Of a DNA stretch of 64,000 nt, positions 38,718 to 48,845 are shown piece by piece. Origin of the DNA: an uncultured Chlamydiae bacterium (lineage in GTDB: Bacteria > Chlamydiota > Chlamydiia > Chlamydiales > Parachlamydiaceae); assembly GCA_963754655.1 (NCBI GenBank), contig CAVWGN010000001.1, forward strand, positions 2,528,001 to 2,592,000, in the 5' to 3' direction. Below the pieces are notes generated by a model that ran no database searches, was not told the DNA's origin, and was given only the letters and a program-made list of their open reading frames with translations. The translations under genes and the position numbers were made by a program. The first letter of the stretch is position 1; every line of letters starts with the position of its first letter.

Positions 38718-39239
38718 ATGAAATTACGTTTAGCTTATTATTCTCATCCCATTTTACGTCAAAAAGCAGAGCGCGTGGAATCCATTGATGATGCGCTGCG
38801 TCAACTCGTCAATGACATGTTAGAAACAATGCATCTCACGCGTGGCATAGGCTTAGCAGCTCCCCAGGTTTTTCACTCTCTTAGGCTTTTTGTCTCTTGT
38901 ATCCCCATTCAGATAAGCGAGGGAAAATGGTACCGAGGAAAAAATCGGGTTTTTATCAATCCTGAAATCATTAGCTGTAGCCCAGAAACGCAGCAATCAG
39001 AAGAGGGATGTTTATCTATTCCAGACATCTACATGACAATCTCAAGACCTGTTAGTATTCACATTCAAGCAACCGATCTCCTAGGACAAGCATTTGAAGA
39101 CACTCTTGTTGGGCTTCATGCTGCTAATTTTTTACATGAATATGATCATCTCCAGGGCATTTTAATTATCGATCATTTGACAGAAGAGCAACGTCAGAAG
39201 ATTGAGCCTCAATTAGCAAAAATCAAGGCGATGTCCTAA
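38718..39239 (+). CDS. def: Peptide deformylase
   Basis: GIGLAAPQ, EGCLS, HEYDH. Confidence 0.95.
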   Translation: MKLRLAYYSHPILRQKAERVESIDDALRQLVNDMLETMHLTRGIGLAAPQVFHSLRLFVSCIPIQISEGKWYRGKNRVFINPEIISCSPETQQSEEGCLSIPDIYMTISRPVSIHIQATDLLGQAFEDTLVGLHAANFLHEYDHLQGILIIDHLTEEQRQKIEPQLAKIKAMS

Positions 39240-39332
39240 GGCATGTCTTAAAACTGCTAACGCCTTAATCTGAATTGCCTTTTTTATTCTATCTAGGTAA
39301 ACTAGAAACCTTATTTTAACCCCCTTTTTTAT

Positions 39333-41876
39333 ATGGTAATGGATACAAAAACTTCTGATGACCTTAAAATTTCTCCTATGATGATTCAATGGCATGCTTG
39401 CAAGCAAATGGCCAAAGATGCCGTGCTTCTTTTTCGTTTAGGCGATTTTTATGAAGCCTTCTATGAGGATGCCATTTTGCTATCAAAAGAGCTTGATTTG
39501 ACATTGACAAAACGCCATGACATCCCCATGAGCGGCGTCCCTTTCCATACATGCGAGCTCTACATAGACAAATTAGTAGCCAAAGGCTTTCGAGTTGCCA
39601 TCGCCGAACAAGTGGAAGATCCAAAAAAAACAAAGGGATTAGTCAAACGAGAAATTGTGCGCATGGTGACTCCTGGGACTTTAATGAACTCTCATTTATT
39701 ATCTGAAAAAGTCAATAACTTCTTTGCTGCTTTGACGCAAGTTGGAAAAGTCATGGGACTCGCCTTTATTGATTTAACCACAGGTGAATTTTGGGTTAGC
39801 GAATTTACCCATGAAAGAGACTTGCTTAACGAAATTTATCGCCTTCATCCTGCCGAATTTTTGACTTCAGAGAAATTCAAAGTCAAACATGCAGATCTCT
39901 TTGAGGAAATTCGTCAAAGCTATCCTTTCTTAGTCAATACCCAAGCCGATTGGCATTTTGAGCATCAAACAGCTCATGATTTTTTAATTCAACATTTTAA
40001 AGTTTATCATCTTGATGGCTTTGGATTACAAGGAATGGTGGCAGCCATCAATGCTGCGGGAGCGCTTCTACGCTATATTCAAGAAACATTATGCCTGCCC
40101 ATTCACCAAATTCAAGATCTTCGTGCTTATTCGACTTCAAATTTCATGGCTCTCGATAGCATAACGCAGCGCAATTTAGAATTGACCTCTTCTTTACAAG
40201 ATGGAAGGCGGAAAAATACCTTATTAGATATTTTAGATTATACCCAAACTCCTATGGGCGCCCGTCTTTTGCAGCACTGGATTAAGCAACCTTTATTATC
40301 GGTGAGTGAAATTCAACGAAGGCAAGAAGGGATTCACACTTTCCTTCAGCATGAACCTTCTCTAAAAGCTTTACGAGAAAGACTCTTACAAGTGAAGGAT
40401 ATTGAACGTCTCATCATGAAAATTAGTGCAGGCTATGCCACTCCGCGCGATTTGATGGCTTTGCATCACTCGTTTGCTCCTATTGGTTCTTTAACAGCTT
40501 TACTTGCTCCCCTTTCTTCTGTCTGGATTCAAAATGAAACTCAAAAACTAGATCCCTTAACTGAAATGAATCATCGCATTGCCCAAGCACTTATCGATGA
40601 GCCACCTCTACGCATTGGAGAAGGGAAAATTTTTAAAGACGGGTTTCATCGCGAGCTCGATGAATTACGCGAAATTAGCCGCGACAGTAAAGCTTGGATA
40701 GCCCGCTATCAAGCAGAGTTGCGTGAACAGACGGGAATTAAAACACTCAAGGTGGGCTTTAATAAGATGTTCGGCTATTACATCGAAGTCAGCCGTGGAC
40801 AAATCAACCGCATGCCAGAGACGTTTTTGCGTCGTCAGACACTTGTCAATGCCGAGCGATATATTTCCCCTGCTCTCAAAGAATATGAAAGCAAAGTTTT
40901 AACGGCTGAAGAGCGCATGCAAGCCATCGAAAGTGAATTATTCCAAGAACTGCGGCAGGAGGTAGCTCAATATACAAAAGCAGTCATGAATGTTGCGCAA
41001 GCAATTGGTCGTGTAGACTGTTTAAGCGCACTCGCAGAGGCTGCTAAGCAAAATCATTACTGCTGCCCTACCATCGATGAAGGCAATTCCATTCAAATTG
41101 AAGAGGGACGCCACCCAGTCATTGAACATGTCTGCAAACAGGAAAAATTTATTCCTAATGAAACTTACTTAAATGATCAAGAGCAACGCCTATTATTGAT
41201 TACAGGCCCTAATATGGCAGGAAAATCCACTTATTTACGCCAAGTAGCCTTGATCGTCATTATGGCTCAAATTGGATCTTTTGTACCGGCTAAAAAAGCC
41301 CATATTGGCATTGTTGATAAGGTCTTCACTCGGATTGGAGCCAGTGACGACCTTTCCAGGGGCCAATCCACCTTTATGGTAGAAATGACAGAAACTGCCA
41401 ATATTTTGAATAATGTCACATCGCGCTCCCTTGTCATTTTAGATGAGATTGGACGAGGGACAAGCACCTATGATGGCATTTCCATTGCATGGTCTGTAGC
41501 GGAATATCTTTTAACAACTGAGCAGCGCATGGCTAAAACTCTTTTTGCTACTCATTATTGGGAACTCACAAAACTCGAAGACAAGGTTCCAGGAGCAGTG
41601 AATTATCATGTTGCTGTACATGAAGCAGAAGACCACATTACTTTTTTGCGCAAGATCGTCAAGGGCGGAACAGATAAAAGCTATGGCATCCATGTCGCAA
41701 GACTCGCAGGACTGCCTCTAAACGTCATTCAGCGATCCAAAGAAATCTTGGAACATTTAGAAGAGAACGCCAACCGTAAAAGCGCCTTTGAACCCTCGCG
41801 GCTTAAAAGACCTTCTCCAACTAAACTCAGAGCCTCTCCAACAGATTTCCAATTATCTCTATTTGATGGCTCCTAA
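39333..41876 (+). CDS. mutS: DNA mismatch repair protein MutS
   Basis: FRLGDFYE, TGPNMAGKST, STFMVEM, DEIGRGT. Confidence 0.97.
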   Translation: MVMDTKTSDDLKISPMMIQWHACKQMAKDAVLLFRLGDFYEAFYEDAILLSKELDLTLTKRHDIPMSGVPFHTCELYIDKLVAKGFRVAIAEQVEDPKKTKGLVKREIVRMVTPGTLMNSHLLSEKVNNFFAALTQVGKVMGLAFIDLTTGEFWVSEFTHERDLLNEIYRLHPAEFLTSEKFKVKHADLFEEIRQSYPFLVNTQADWHFEHQTAHDFLIQHFKVYHLDGFGLQGMVAAINAAGALLRYIQETLCLPIHQIQDLRAYSTSNFMALDSITQRNLELTSSLQDGRRKNTLLDILDYTQTPMGARLLQHWIKQPLLSVSEIQRRQEGIHTFLQHEPSLKALRERLLQVKDIERLIMKISAGYATPRDLMALHHSFAPIGSLTALLAPLSSVWIQNETQKLDPLTEMNHRIAQALIDEPPLRIGEGKIFKDGFHRELDELREISRDSKAWIARYQAELREQTGIKTLKVGFNKMFGYYIEVSRGQINRMPETFLRRQTLVNAERYISPALKEYESKVLTAEERMQAIESELFQELRQEVAQYTKAVMNVAQAIGRVDCLSALAEAAKQNHYCCPTIDEGNSIQIEEGRHPVIEHVCKQEKFIPNETYLNDQEQRLLLITGPNMAGKSTYLRQVALIVIMAQIGSFVPAKKAHIGIVDKVFTRIGASDDLSRGQSTFMVEMTETANILNNVTSRSLVILDEIGRGTSTYDGISIAWSVAEYLLTTEQRMAKTLFATHYWELTKLEDKVPGAVNYHVAVHEAEDHITFLRKIVKGGTDKSYGIHVARLAGLPLNVIQRSKEILEHLEENANRKSAFEPSRLKRPSPTKLRASPTDFQLSLFDGS

Positions 41877-42165
41877 GTTCTAATTTAACCGTCTGAAAAA
41901 ATGAGATAATATCAAGATTTTTCTTACAAAAAGCAATTTTTGCCTTAAACTATTTGTAATAAGGCGTTTAAAAAGGCGGATAAATTTTTTAGGAGGAAGA
42001 ATTTTTTTTCTATTGACAATCATATGCCTAACAAGGATATAGATAAAGGTGTGTTAATCAAAAACACTTAATTGTTTCATTTATTTGGATTTAGGTAGGA
42101 AAAACAGGATTCTACTTTAAGACTAAAGGAAGCAATTAAAAATTTATTTTTTAAGGAGGCTTATT

Positions 42166-42288
42166 ATGAACAACAACGACAAAAAACAACCACAAAAGCA
42201 AAATCCAAATCCAAATCAAAAGCAACAACCACAGAAACCTAACCAATCTTCTACAAAGAATCCTAATCAGAAGAAAGGCCAATTTTAA
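42166..42288 (+). CDS. 40 aa Q/N/P/K-rich small protein (not in the ORF track)
   Basis: TAAGGAGG RBS, ATG at 42166, MNNNDKKQPQKQNPNPNQKQQPQKPNQSSTKNPNQKKGQF, followed by a terminator. Confidence 0.7.
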   Translation: MNNNDKKQPQKQNPNPNQKQQPQKPNQSSTKNPNQKKGQF

Positions 42289-42330
42289 TTGACTAGGTTG
42301 GTGTTTGCTAACTGAATGCAAATCAATTAG

Positions 42331-42365
42331 CCGCGCAGTTCTAGGACTGCGCGGACTTTTATTTT
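42331..42365 (+). terminator. Intrinsic terminator
   Basis: CCGCGCAGT-TCTAGG-ACTGCGCGG followed by ACTTTTATTTT. Confidence 0.8.
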
Positions 42366-42459
42366 AAGAGTTGAGAAATTAATTTTTTATTAGAATTTCA
42401 TTTGAGTTTTTTGTCAAGGGCATGATAGGATCATTGCAAATGAAAGAAGGACGAGGACT

Positions 42460-43185
42460 GTGTTCACACAAATCCGAAGGCCAGACCACCATTTCAGCGC
42501 CTTTTATGAAGACAATTCTCTTTTGATTCAATTCATTTTAGAGGAATTTGTTCAATCTTATCAATTAACCTCCCAAATGAAAATATTGATTCAGGAGAGT
42601 TTAAAGTCCAAGGAAGGATTAAACTCATTAGCTTCCTCTTTAATTCAAATCTTAGGTCAGCTTGTCGGCTATCTGCCTCAGCAAGAACGCTTTCCTTTCT
42701 CGCGCTGGACTAAAGGCTCTTTAACAAAATTTAAGGAATACTGCGAACAATTTTCGCACAACTCTTCTCATCAAAATAAACTTCACTTCAATTTACACAT
42801 GGCCTCTCATCAAGCTTGGTTAACAGCAATTCATAATCTTGAATTATTAAACTCTTTACACATCAGTTCTTACACACCAAATTCCAGAACCATCTTATTT
42901 TTTCACCCTCTCCAACGTGCTTTTCACAGCTTACAATTGCGTTTTACACAGATTAGTCGTTATATTCCACGCGTCATGCATGCCTATTGGAACAATGAAA
43001 ATGTGATTTTATGCTTACTACGTAAGAAAGCTTTACTGACTGAAATTTATGGATCCGATTTTCTTTACAAGCGTTTCAAATGGCCCATGAAGACTTCAGA
43101 CCTCAGTCAATTGCTTGTTCAACGCTACCAGGCAAGAGGATTTGAAGCTTTGCTTTCCAGTATCCAACATATTCTTGAATCATAG
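42460..43185 (+). CDS. Hypothetical protein
   Basis: GAGGA RBS before GTG; 241 aa; first gene of the run ending in priA. Confidence 0.75.
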   Translation: MFTQIRRPDHHFSAFYEDNSLLIQFILEEFVQSYQLTSQMKILIQESLKSKEGLNSLASSLIQILGQLVGYLPQQERFPFSRWTKGSLTKFKEYCEQFSHNSSHQNKLHFNLHMASHQAWLTAIHNLELLNSLHISSYTPNSRTILFFHPLQRAFHSLQLRFTQISRYIPRVMHAYWNNENVILCLLRKKALLTEIYGSDFLYKRFKWPMKTSDLSQLLVQRYQARGFEALLSSIQHILES

Positions 43186-43195
43186 GAACATCAAT

Positions 43196-44110
43196 ATGAA
43201 ATCCATTAAGCACGGCTTTGCCGAATTGCTCAATTTAACGCAGCTTTATTTACTGCGTGAATATTCTCTTAAAGAAGCCAAAATGGTTGATCCTGTAACC
43301 TTTGGTTTTTTTCAAAACAAAATGAAAAGCTCCTTTGTGCTGCCATCAACAAAAAAGGTTCGTCCTCCTCCCCTGGCTTCTATGGCACCCGTTCAGATGC
43401 CTAAAAACTCCCTTTCTGCCACCACAGTTCCCCCATCACCTGATCCCCGACCGCCTGAGACTCGTCCAGAGCCACCTCCATCTGAGCCTTTGCCCCCTCC
43501 TAATCAACCAGAGCCGTTAATTCCAGATCCTAAGCCGCCTGCTATTCAAGATCATTCAAGCAAAGGTAAAGGATTTATTTTAGAACCTATGACATCAGCC
43601 TCTTCAACAAAAGATTATCGTGAATTTTGGAAACTTTGTAGCACTCTTTTTCTAGATTGGATTCTATGTGAAACGATTCCAAGCGATGCTCTTGCCCAGA
43701 AGCATAAAAATGCTTGGTTAAACCATCAAACGATCACTCCTGTGATCATTCTAGCCTTTCATGAAGAGGAAAAGCAGTTAGCATTCCTCAAAAATATTGC
43801 GCAAGCCATTTCCCTATGCCTTGCTCCCACCCGTGTTTTATCAGCTCAAAAATTAGAAAAAGAGAATTGTTGGGAAAATGTGTTAAACTCCCCCCATTTA
43901 CGCTTGATCATTGCGTGTGATTATGGACTTTACCTTCAACCCAATTTAATGCGTTTTTACCGTGAGATCCCTCAACAGAGCAAGCATTTACTCAATCAAA
44001 TTCCTTTGTTGCTCCTTTCCGATCTTTCCCTGTATTTAAAAGAGCCTCAACTCAAACCTCTTTTGTGGCGTGCGATCTGCAATGAATTTGCCTCCTTGCA
44101 ACAATTATGA
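43196..44110 (+). CDS. Hypothetical protein with a Pro-rich linker, upstream of priA
   Basis: Likely start MKSIK at 43196; ends LYLKEPQLKPLLW; overlaps the priA start. Confidence 0.75.
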   Translation: MKSIKHGFAELLNLTQLYLLREYSLKEAKMVDPVTFGFFQNKMKSSFVLPSTKKVRPPPLASMAPVQMPKNSLSATTVPPSPDPRPPETRPEPPPSEPLPPPNQPEPLIPDPKPPAIQDHSSKGKGFILEPMTSASSTKDYREFWKLCSTLFLDWILCETIPSDALAQKHKNAWLNHQTITPVIILAFHEEEKQLAFLKNIAQAISLCLAPTRVLSAQKLEKENCWENVLNSPHLRLIIACDYGLYLQPNLMRFYREIPQQSKHLLNQIPLLLLSDLSLYLKEPQLKPLLWRAICNEFASLQQL

Positions 44111-46344
44111 ATCAATTTGCTGGTTTTGCTTCAGTTGTGCTCGATGTTGCTGTAGACAAGCTCCTTGATTATGGCATGACGGCTGAACAACGCAAGGTTA
44201 TCCAACCTGGCAGCCGGGTAGAAGTTCCTGTTCGAGGACATCTAAGAGCTGGATATGTTGTCGAAATCAAAGAAAAGCCGAGTTATTCTTCTATCAAACC
44301 TATTGCCAATGTTCTTTCTGACACTGCCTTAGTTTCTGTCGATTTATTTCAATTGGCTTTATGGATTTCCCGTTATTATTGCTCTCCTTTACGAGATATT
44401 TTCCGAATTTTATTGCCGCCTGGGGTTAGAAAAGGGATGGCGCCTAAAGAGCAATTATTTGTCATGCGAGGCAAAACCCGTGACGAGCTACGAGAGATTT
44501 GCATTGCCTTGCGTGCAAAAAAGCCCGCTCAAGCGGCTATCTTGGAAGCGATGCTGCCGGTCAAAAAAGGGATTCTTCTGTCTAAGCTCCTTGAAGAGAC
44601 CAAAGGATCGCGCAGCACAATCAATACTTTAGCCAAGCAAGGGCTTTTAGTAGTCGATATTGTCCGTTTAGATCGCTCTCCTCTGATCAATGAAGAATAT
44701 TTTACAACAAAGCCTAAAACACTTAATCAAGATCAAGCTGAAGCATTAATTAAAATTGAGAAAAGCTTGAATCATCAAGTATTTGAAACTCATTTGCTTT
44801 ATGGCGTAACAGGCAGCGGCAAAACCGAAGTGTATTTACAAGCTATTGATAAAGCTCTTAAAGCTGATAAAGGCACTATTATGCTAGTTCCTGAAATTTC
44901 TTTAACAGCTCAAACAATCGAACGCTTTCGCAGTCGATTTAAGGAAAAAATTGCCATTTTACACTATCGCTTAAGTCAAGGTGAACGCAATGACGAATGG
45001 CATCATATTCGAGAAGGCAAAGCGAAGATTGTCGTCGGCGCCCGCTCAGCCATTTTTAGTCCCATTGTCAATTTGGGGCTGATTATCGTTGATGAGGAAC
45101 ATGAGCAATCTTATAAACAGAACGAGCTCTCTCCTTGCTATCAAGCACGCGATGTTGCTGTCATGCGCGGCAAATTAACAAAGAGCACAGTCATACTAGG
45201 AAGCGCAACGCCTAGCTTGGAAAGCTATTATAATGCACAATGCGGCAAATATACGCTCAGTACTTTGCCTCAGCGCGCAGACATAGCCAAGCTTCCGCAA
45301 GTCACCATCATTGATATGCGCAAGGAATTTGAAAAAGCAAAAGGATTTACCAATTTTTCTGAGGCTTTGCTCAATGGTATTCAAAAGAGACATGAACAAG
45401 GCGAGCAAACTATTCTCTTTTTGAATCGGCGCGGATACCATACCATTTTACTTTGTCAAGATTGCCAGCACACTATCAAGTGTGCACATTGCGAAGTTCC
45501 CATGACTTTTCATCTGGGCGACAATTGCCTTTCTTGCCATTTATGCCACTTCCAATTCATGCCGCCTCCAACTGAATGTCCTGGATGCCATGGAAAACGC
45601 CCTCTTAAATTTCGAGGTGTTGGAACAGAACAAATTGAGCGTGCGCTACATGCCATCTTTCCCTCGATTCGTACCTTGCGCATCGATGCTGACACCACAA
45701 AACATAAGGGAAGCCATCAAAAATTGCTTCGAGATTTTGGCACAGGTAAAGCAGATGTTTTAATTGGTACACAAATGATCGCCAAAGGACTTCATTTTCC
45801 AGAAGTCACACTTGTAGGCGTCTTGAACAGTGACGCTGGGTTGAATATTCCCGATTTTCGAGCTTCAGAAACGACTTTTCAACTTATTACACAAGTGGCA
45901 GGTCGATCAGGACGCGGAGTCATTCCAGGCGAAGTGCTGATTCAAACCTCATTGCCTGATAATGTCACAATTCAATACGCTGCATGCCAAGATTTCGTAG
46001 GATTTTACAACGAAGAGATTGCAGTACGGGAACTTTTTCGCTATCCCCCTTTCCGACAGATGGCCAAGCTCCTTTTTACCGGAAAAAATGCGCAGCAAAC
46101 GCAGGAAATGGCCGAACAAATTCGCCAATTCCTCATTCGTTCTCTTCCTCCTCAATTCGAATTTAATCCCGTCGTACCTTGCGGCTATAAGAAAATTAAA
46201 GATCATTACCGCTACCAATTTCTTTTACGCGGTCCTACTTTATCTCCCCTCAATAGTGTTTTACAAACCCTACAGGAAAAAATTCCGCTACCCCGCCAGG
46301 TTAAGCTTTTTGTCGACATTAATCCTTCGTCAACCTTCTTTTAA
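44107..46344 (+). CDS. priA: Primosomal protein N'
   Basis: GVTGSGKTEVY, DEEHE, four CxxC pairs, QVAGRSGR. Confidence 0.97.
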   Translation: MNQFAGFASVVLDVAVDKLLDYGMTAEQRKVIQPGSRVEVPVRGHLRAGYVVEIKEKPSYSSIKPIANVLSDTALVSVDLFQLALWISRYYCSPLRDIFRILLPPGVRKGMAPKEQLFVMRGKTRDELREICIALRAKKPAQAAILEAMLPVKKGILLSKLLEETKGSRSTINTLAKQGLLVVDIVRLDRSPLINEEYFTTKPKTLNQDQAEALIKIEKSLNHQVFETHLLYGVTGSGKTEVYLQAIDKALKADKGTIMLVPEISLTAQTIERFRSRFKEKIAILHYRLSQGERNDEWHHIREGKAKIVVGARSAIFSPIVNLGLIIVDEEHEQSYKQNELSPCYQARDVAVMRGKLTKSTVILGSATPSLESYYNAQCGKYTLSTLPQRADIAKLPQVTIIDMRKEFEKAKGFTNFSEALLNGIQKRHEQGEQTILFLNRRGYHTILLCQDCQHTIKCAHCEVPMTFHLGDNCLSCHLCHFQFMPPPTECPGCHGKRPLKFRGVGTEQIERALHAIFPSIRTLRIDADTTKHKGSHQKLLRDFGTGKADVLIGTQMIAKGLHFPEVTLVGVLNSDAGLNIPDFRASETTFQLITQVAGRSGRGVIPGEVLIQTSLPDNVTIQYAACQDFVGFYNEEIAVRELFRYPPFRQMAKLLFTGKNAQQTQEMAEQIRQFLIRSLPPQFEFNPVVPCGYKKIKDHYRYQFLLRGPTLSPLNSVLQTLQEKIPLPRQVKLFVDINPSSTFF

Positions 46345-46417
46345 TGCGTAGCAAGTCGCAGGTTCGCCAATTCTCATGAATTTTGTTCCTGAATCATATT
46401 TTATAACAACTTTTTGC

Positions 46418-46858
46418 TTAGAAAGGAAATTCAAAGATAGCTAAGTCCAAGCGTTCCTTCCAACCTCTTTTTTTATAAAACTGCTTAATATAAATAGGAT
46501 TATTTCGATTATTTTCTAGCCACAATCTTGAACAATCCTGATTTCTAGCTTTTTGAACTGCAGCTTCTAATAGCGCTCTTCCAATTCCCCTGTTTCTTGC
46601 CTGCGAAATGACGTAGAGGCTTGAGACTAAAGCTTCGGGTGTATCCGACCATAATTCTTGCATCCAATGAATAGTCAGATAACCTTTAATTTGATCTTGC
46701 CCTATAGCAATGAAAATTGTTAACTCTTTTGAGTTAATACATTTTAAAACCCTGGCCTCAATTTGTTTTCTATTTTTTTGCTCTTGCTCAAATTGCTCGA
46801 TAAGAAGTTCAGTTAGCTTTTTACAATCTCTTTCTTCTGCTTCTCTTACAAAAAACAT
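46418..46858 (-). CDS. GNAT acetyltransferase
   Basis: LYV...RNRGIGRALL...FYKKRGW. Confidence 0.85.
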   Translation of the reverse strand: MFFVREAEERDCKKLTELLIEQFEQEQKNRKQIEARVLKCINSKELTIFIAIGQDQIKGYLTIHWMQELWSDTPEALVSSLYVISQARNRGIGRALLEAAVQKARNQDCSRLWLENNRNNPIYIKQFYKKRGWKERLDLAIFEFPF

Positions 46859-46923
46859 TTAACTTTCTGTTTATGCTGTTGTCAATTTTAAAAATCTAAA
46901 CTCATTTCCAAATAAGCAATGAT

Positions 46924-47450
46924 GTTAGATAATTCACCTTACGCAAGCGAGGTTAAAGAATCAATAATATCCCTTAAATAACCACATCGCTTGATGTGTT
47001 TAATAGCCTGAAAGGCTTCAAATAAAAATAGCCCCATGGCATCGCCCTGGGCTAGGGTGTTCATTTTGTGCAAAAAAATGAGCTTTATTTTTCACAATAA
47101 TTGGCATAGTTGAATTGAAGGTCGCATGTTTATGCCGTCCTTTCAGGACTCGATGTCTTTTTGATAGAACCAGGCCTCCGCTTCGCTGCGACCTGGGCTG
47201 TAACATGACGGCCCTTCAGGCCTTAACAAGAGATGTTTAAGTCCCTCTTCTATAGTCCCTAAATCATCTTTTTGTTAAGGCCTGAAGGGCCGTCATGTTA
47301 CAGCCCAGGTCGCAGCGAAGCGGAGGCCTGGTTCTATCAAAAAGACATCGAGCCCTGAAAGGACGGCATAAACAAGTTACCTTCAATTTAACTATGCCAA
47401 TTATTGTGAAAAATAAAGCTCATTTTTTTGCACAAAATGAACACCCTAGC
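46924..47450. repeat. Giant palindrome P4 (core 47051-47450) with the outer flank on the left
   Basis: Inverted arms around the same 42 bp loop; left flank TCACCTTACGCAAGCGAGG as in P3. Confidence 0.92.
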
Positions 47451-47525
47451 TGTCGGTTCATGTAAAACCTCTGTATTCCACTGAAGGCATGGGATTGAAT
47501 TGCCAACCTCTAGCTATGATGTCAT

Positions 47526-48668
47526 TCAACGGAAAATTCTTGCTCCTTCTGACAGTTTCGGCAGGTTTTGCAAATTAGAGCACCGGCTAAAGTCAAGTAC
47601 TTGCACATTTGGCAACTCAGGCAGGCTTTGCAAATTAGAGCACCAGCCGCAGTAAAGCTCTTGCACATTTGGCAGCTCAGGCAGGCTTAGCAGATTATAG
47701 CACCGGATGCAATCAAGTTTTTGCACATTTGGCAACTCAGGCAGGCTTTGTAGACTAGAGCACCAACTGCAGTTAAGCTTTTGCACATTTGGCAGCCCAG
47801 GAAGGCTTAACAGATTAGCGCACCAGCTGCAGTTAAGCTCTTGCACATTTGGCAGCTCAGGCAGGCTGTGCAACTTTAAGCACTTGCAGTTAAGCTTTTG
47901 CACATTTGGCAACTCAGGCAGGCTTAACAGATTAGCGCACCAGCTACAATTAAGCTCTTGCACATTTGACAGCTCAGGCAGGCTGTGCAGATTAGTGCAC
48001 CAGTTGCAGTTAAGCTCTTGCATATTTGGTAGCTCAGGCAGACTTTGAAGATTAGAACATCCGCTGCAGTCAAGCACTCGCACAATTGGCAGCTCAGGTA
48101 AGTTTTGAAGATTAGAGCACCCCTTGCAGTCAAGCCTTATGAGATTGCTTGCCTGAATTGGTAAATTTCTTATTTTATCTGATTTAATCATTAACTGATT
48201 AAGATTGGGGCACTTTTTAAATAATTCTTCAATGTCGCTTTCCTCTAAGTCCGGAAATTCTATTAGGTTTACTCCTGTTAGATCATGACTGATCGCATAC
48301 TGGATAGCCTCTTTTGCAGTGTTGCATCTATATTTTTTAAGAGAAACAAGCTGCTCGCTAGCCCATTCTTTTTCCTCATTTTTTCCAATCTTAGTGAGTT
48401 GCTTGGAAAAATGCATATTTTCCAATCCACTTTGAACTCCTCCCTTTGCGTAAGGAATGTCAAACTTGCGCGGAGGAATATGGAAACAAACTTTCCGCCA
48501 TATTTCTTCTGGCAATTGAGGAAACTCGTTGCTAGTAAAGAATACACTCTCAGCGATATTTATAATTATCCTCTCGTCTTTTTGAATCTCTTCTGGAATT
48601 GATGGCAAATCCCCTTGTCTAAATTGATCTTCTGAAACAGTAAATTGATTATTTATCATTTTTATCAT
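47526..48668 (-). CDS. F-box-like/LRR protein, 20-aa repeat family, copy 1
   Basis: LPEEIWRKV motif; 60 bp repeats LPELPNVQxLxCxxCxNLxS. Confidence 0.9.
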   Translation of the reverse strand: MIKMINNQFTVSEDQFRQGDLPSIPEEIQKDERIIINIAESVFFTSNEFPQLPEEIWRKVCFHIPPRKFDIPYAKGGVQSGLENMHFSKQLTKIGKNEEKEWASEQLVSLKKYRCNTAKEAIQYAISHDLTGVNLIEFPDLEESDIEELFKKCPNLNQLMIKSDKIRNLPIQASNLIRLDCKGCSNLQNLPELPIVRVLDCSGCSNLQSLPELPNMQELNCNWCTNLHSLPELSNVQELNCSWCANLLSLPELPNVQKLNCKCLKLHSLPELPNVQELNCSWCANLLSLPGLPNVQKLNCSWCSSLQSLPELPNVQKLDCIRCYNLLSLPELPNVQELYCGWCSNLQSLPELPNVQVLDFSRCSNLQNLPKLSEGARIFR

Positions 48669-48845
48669 CCTTTTATATTATTCTAATTATTTAATTTAAA
48701 ACTAATTTATTAGTTAATAAAATTTAAATTAAATATAATAATACTAAATTATTTGATAATTGTAAATAATTGCTTTTTTAATTTATCCTCAATAGGACGA
48801 GGGATTTCATTCTTCCTAAGATATTCATCTAGCTGGATGATGACA

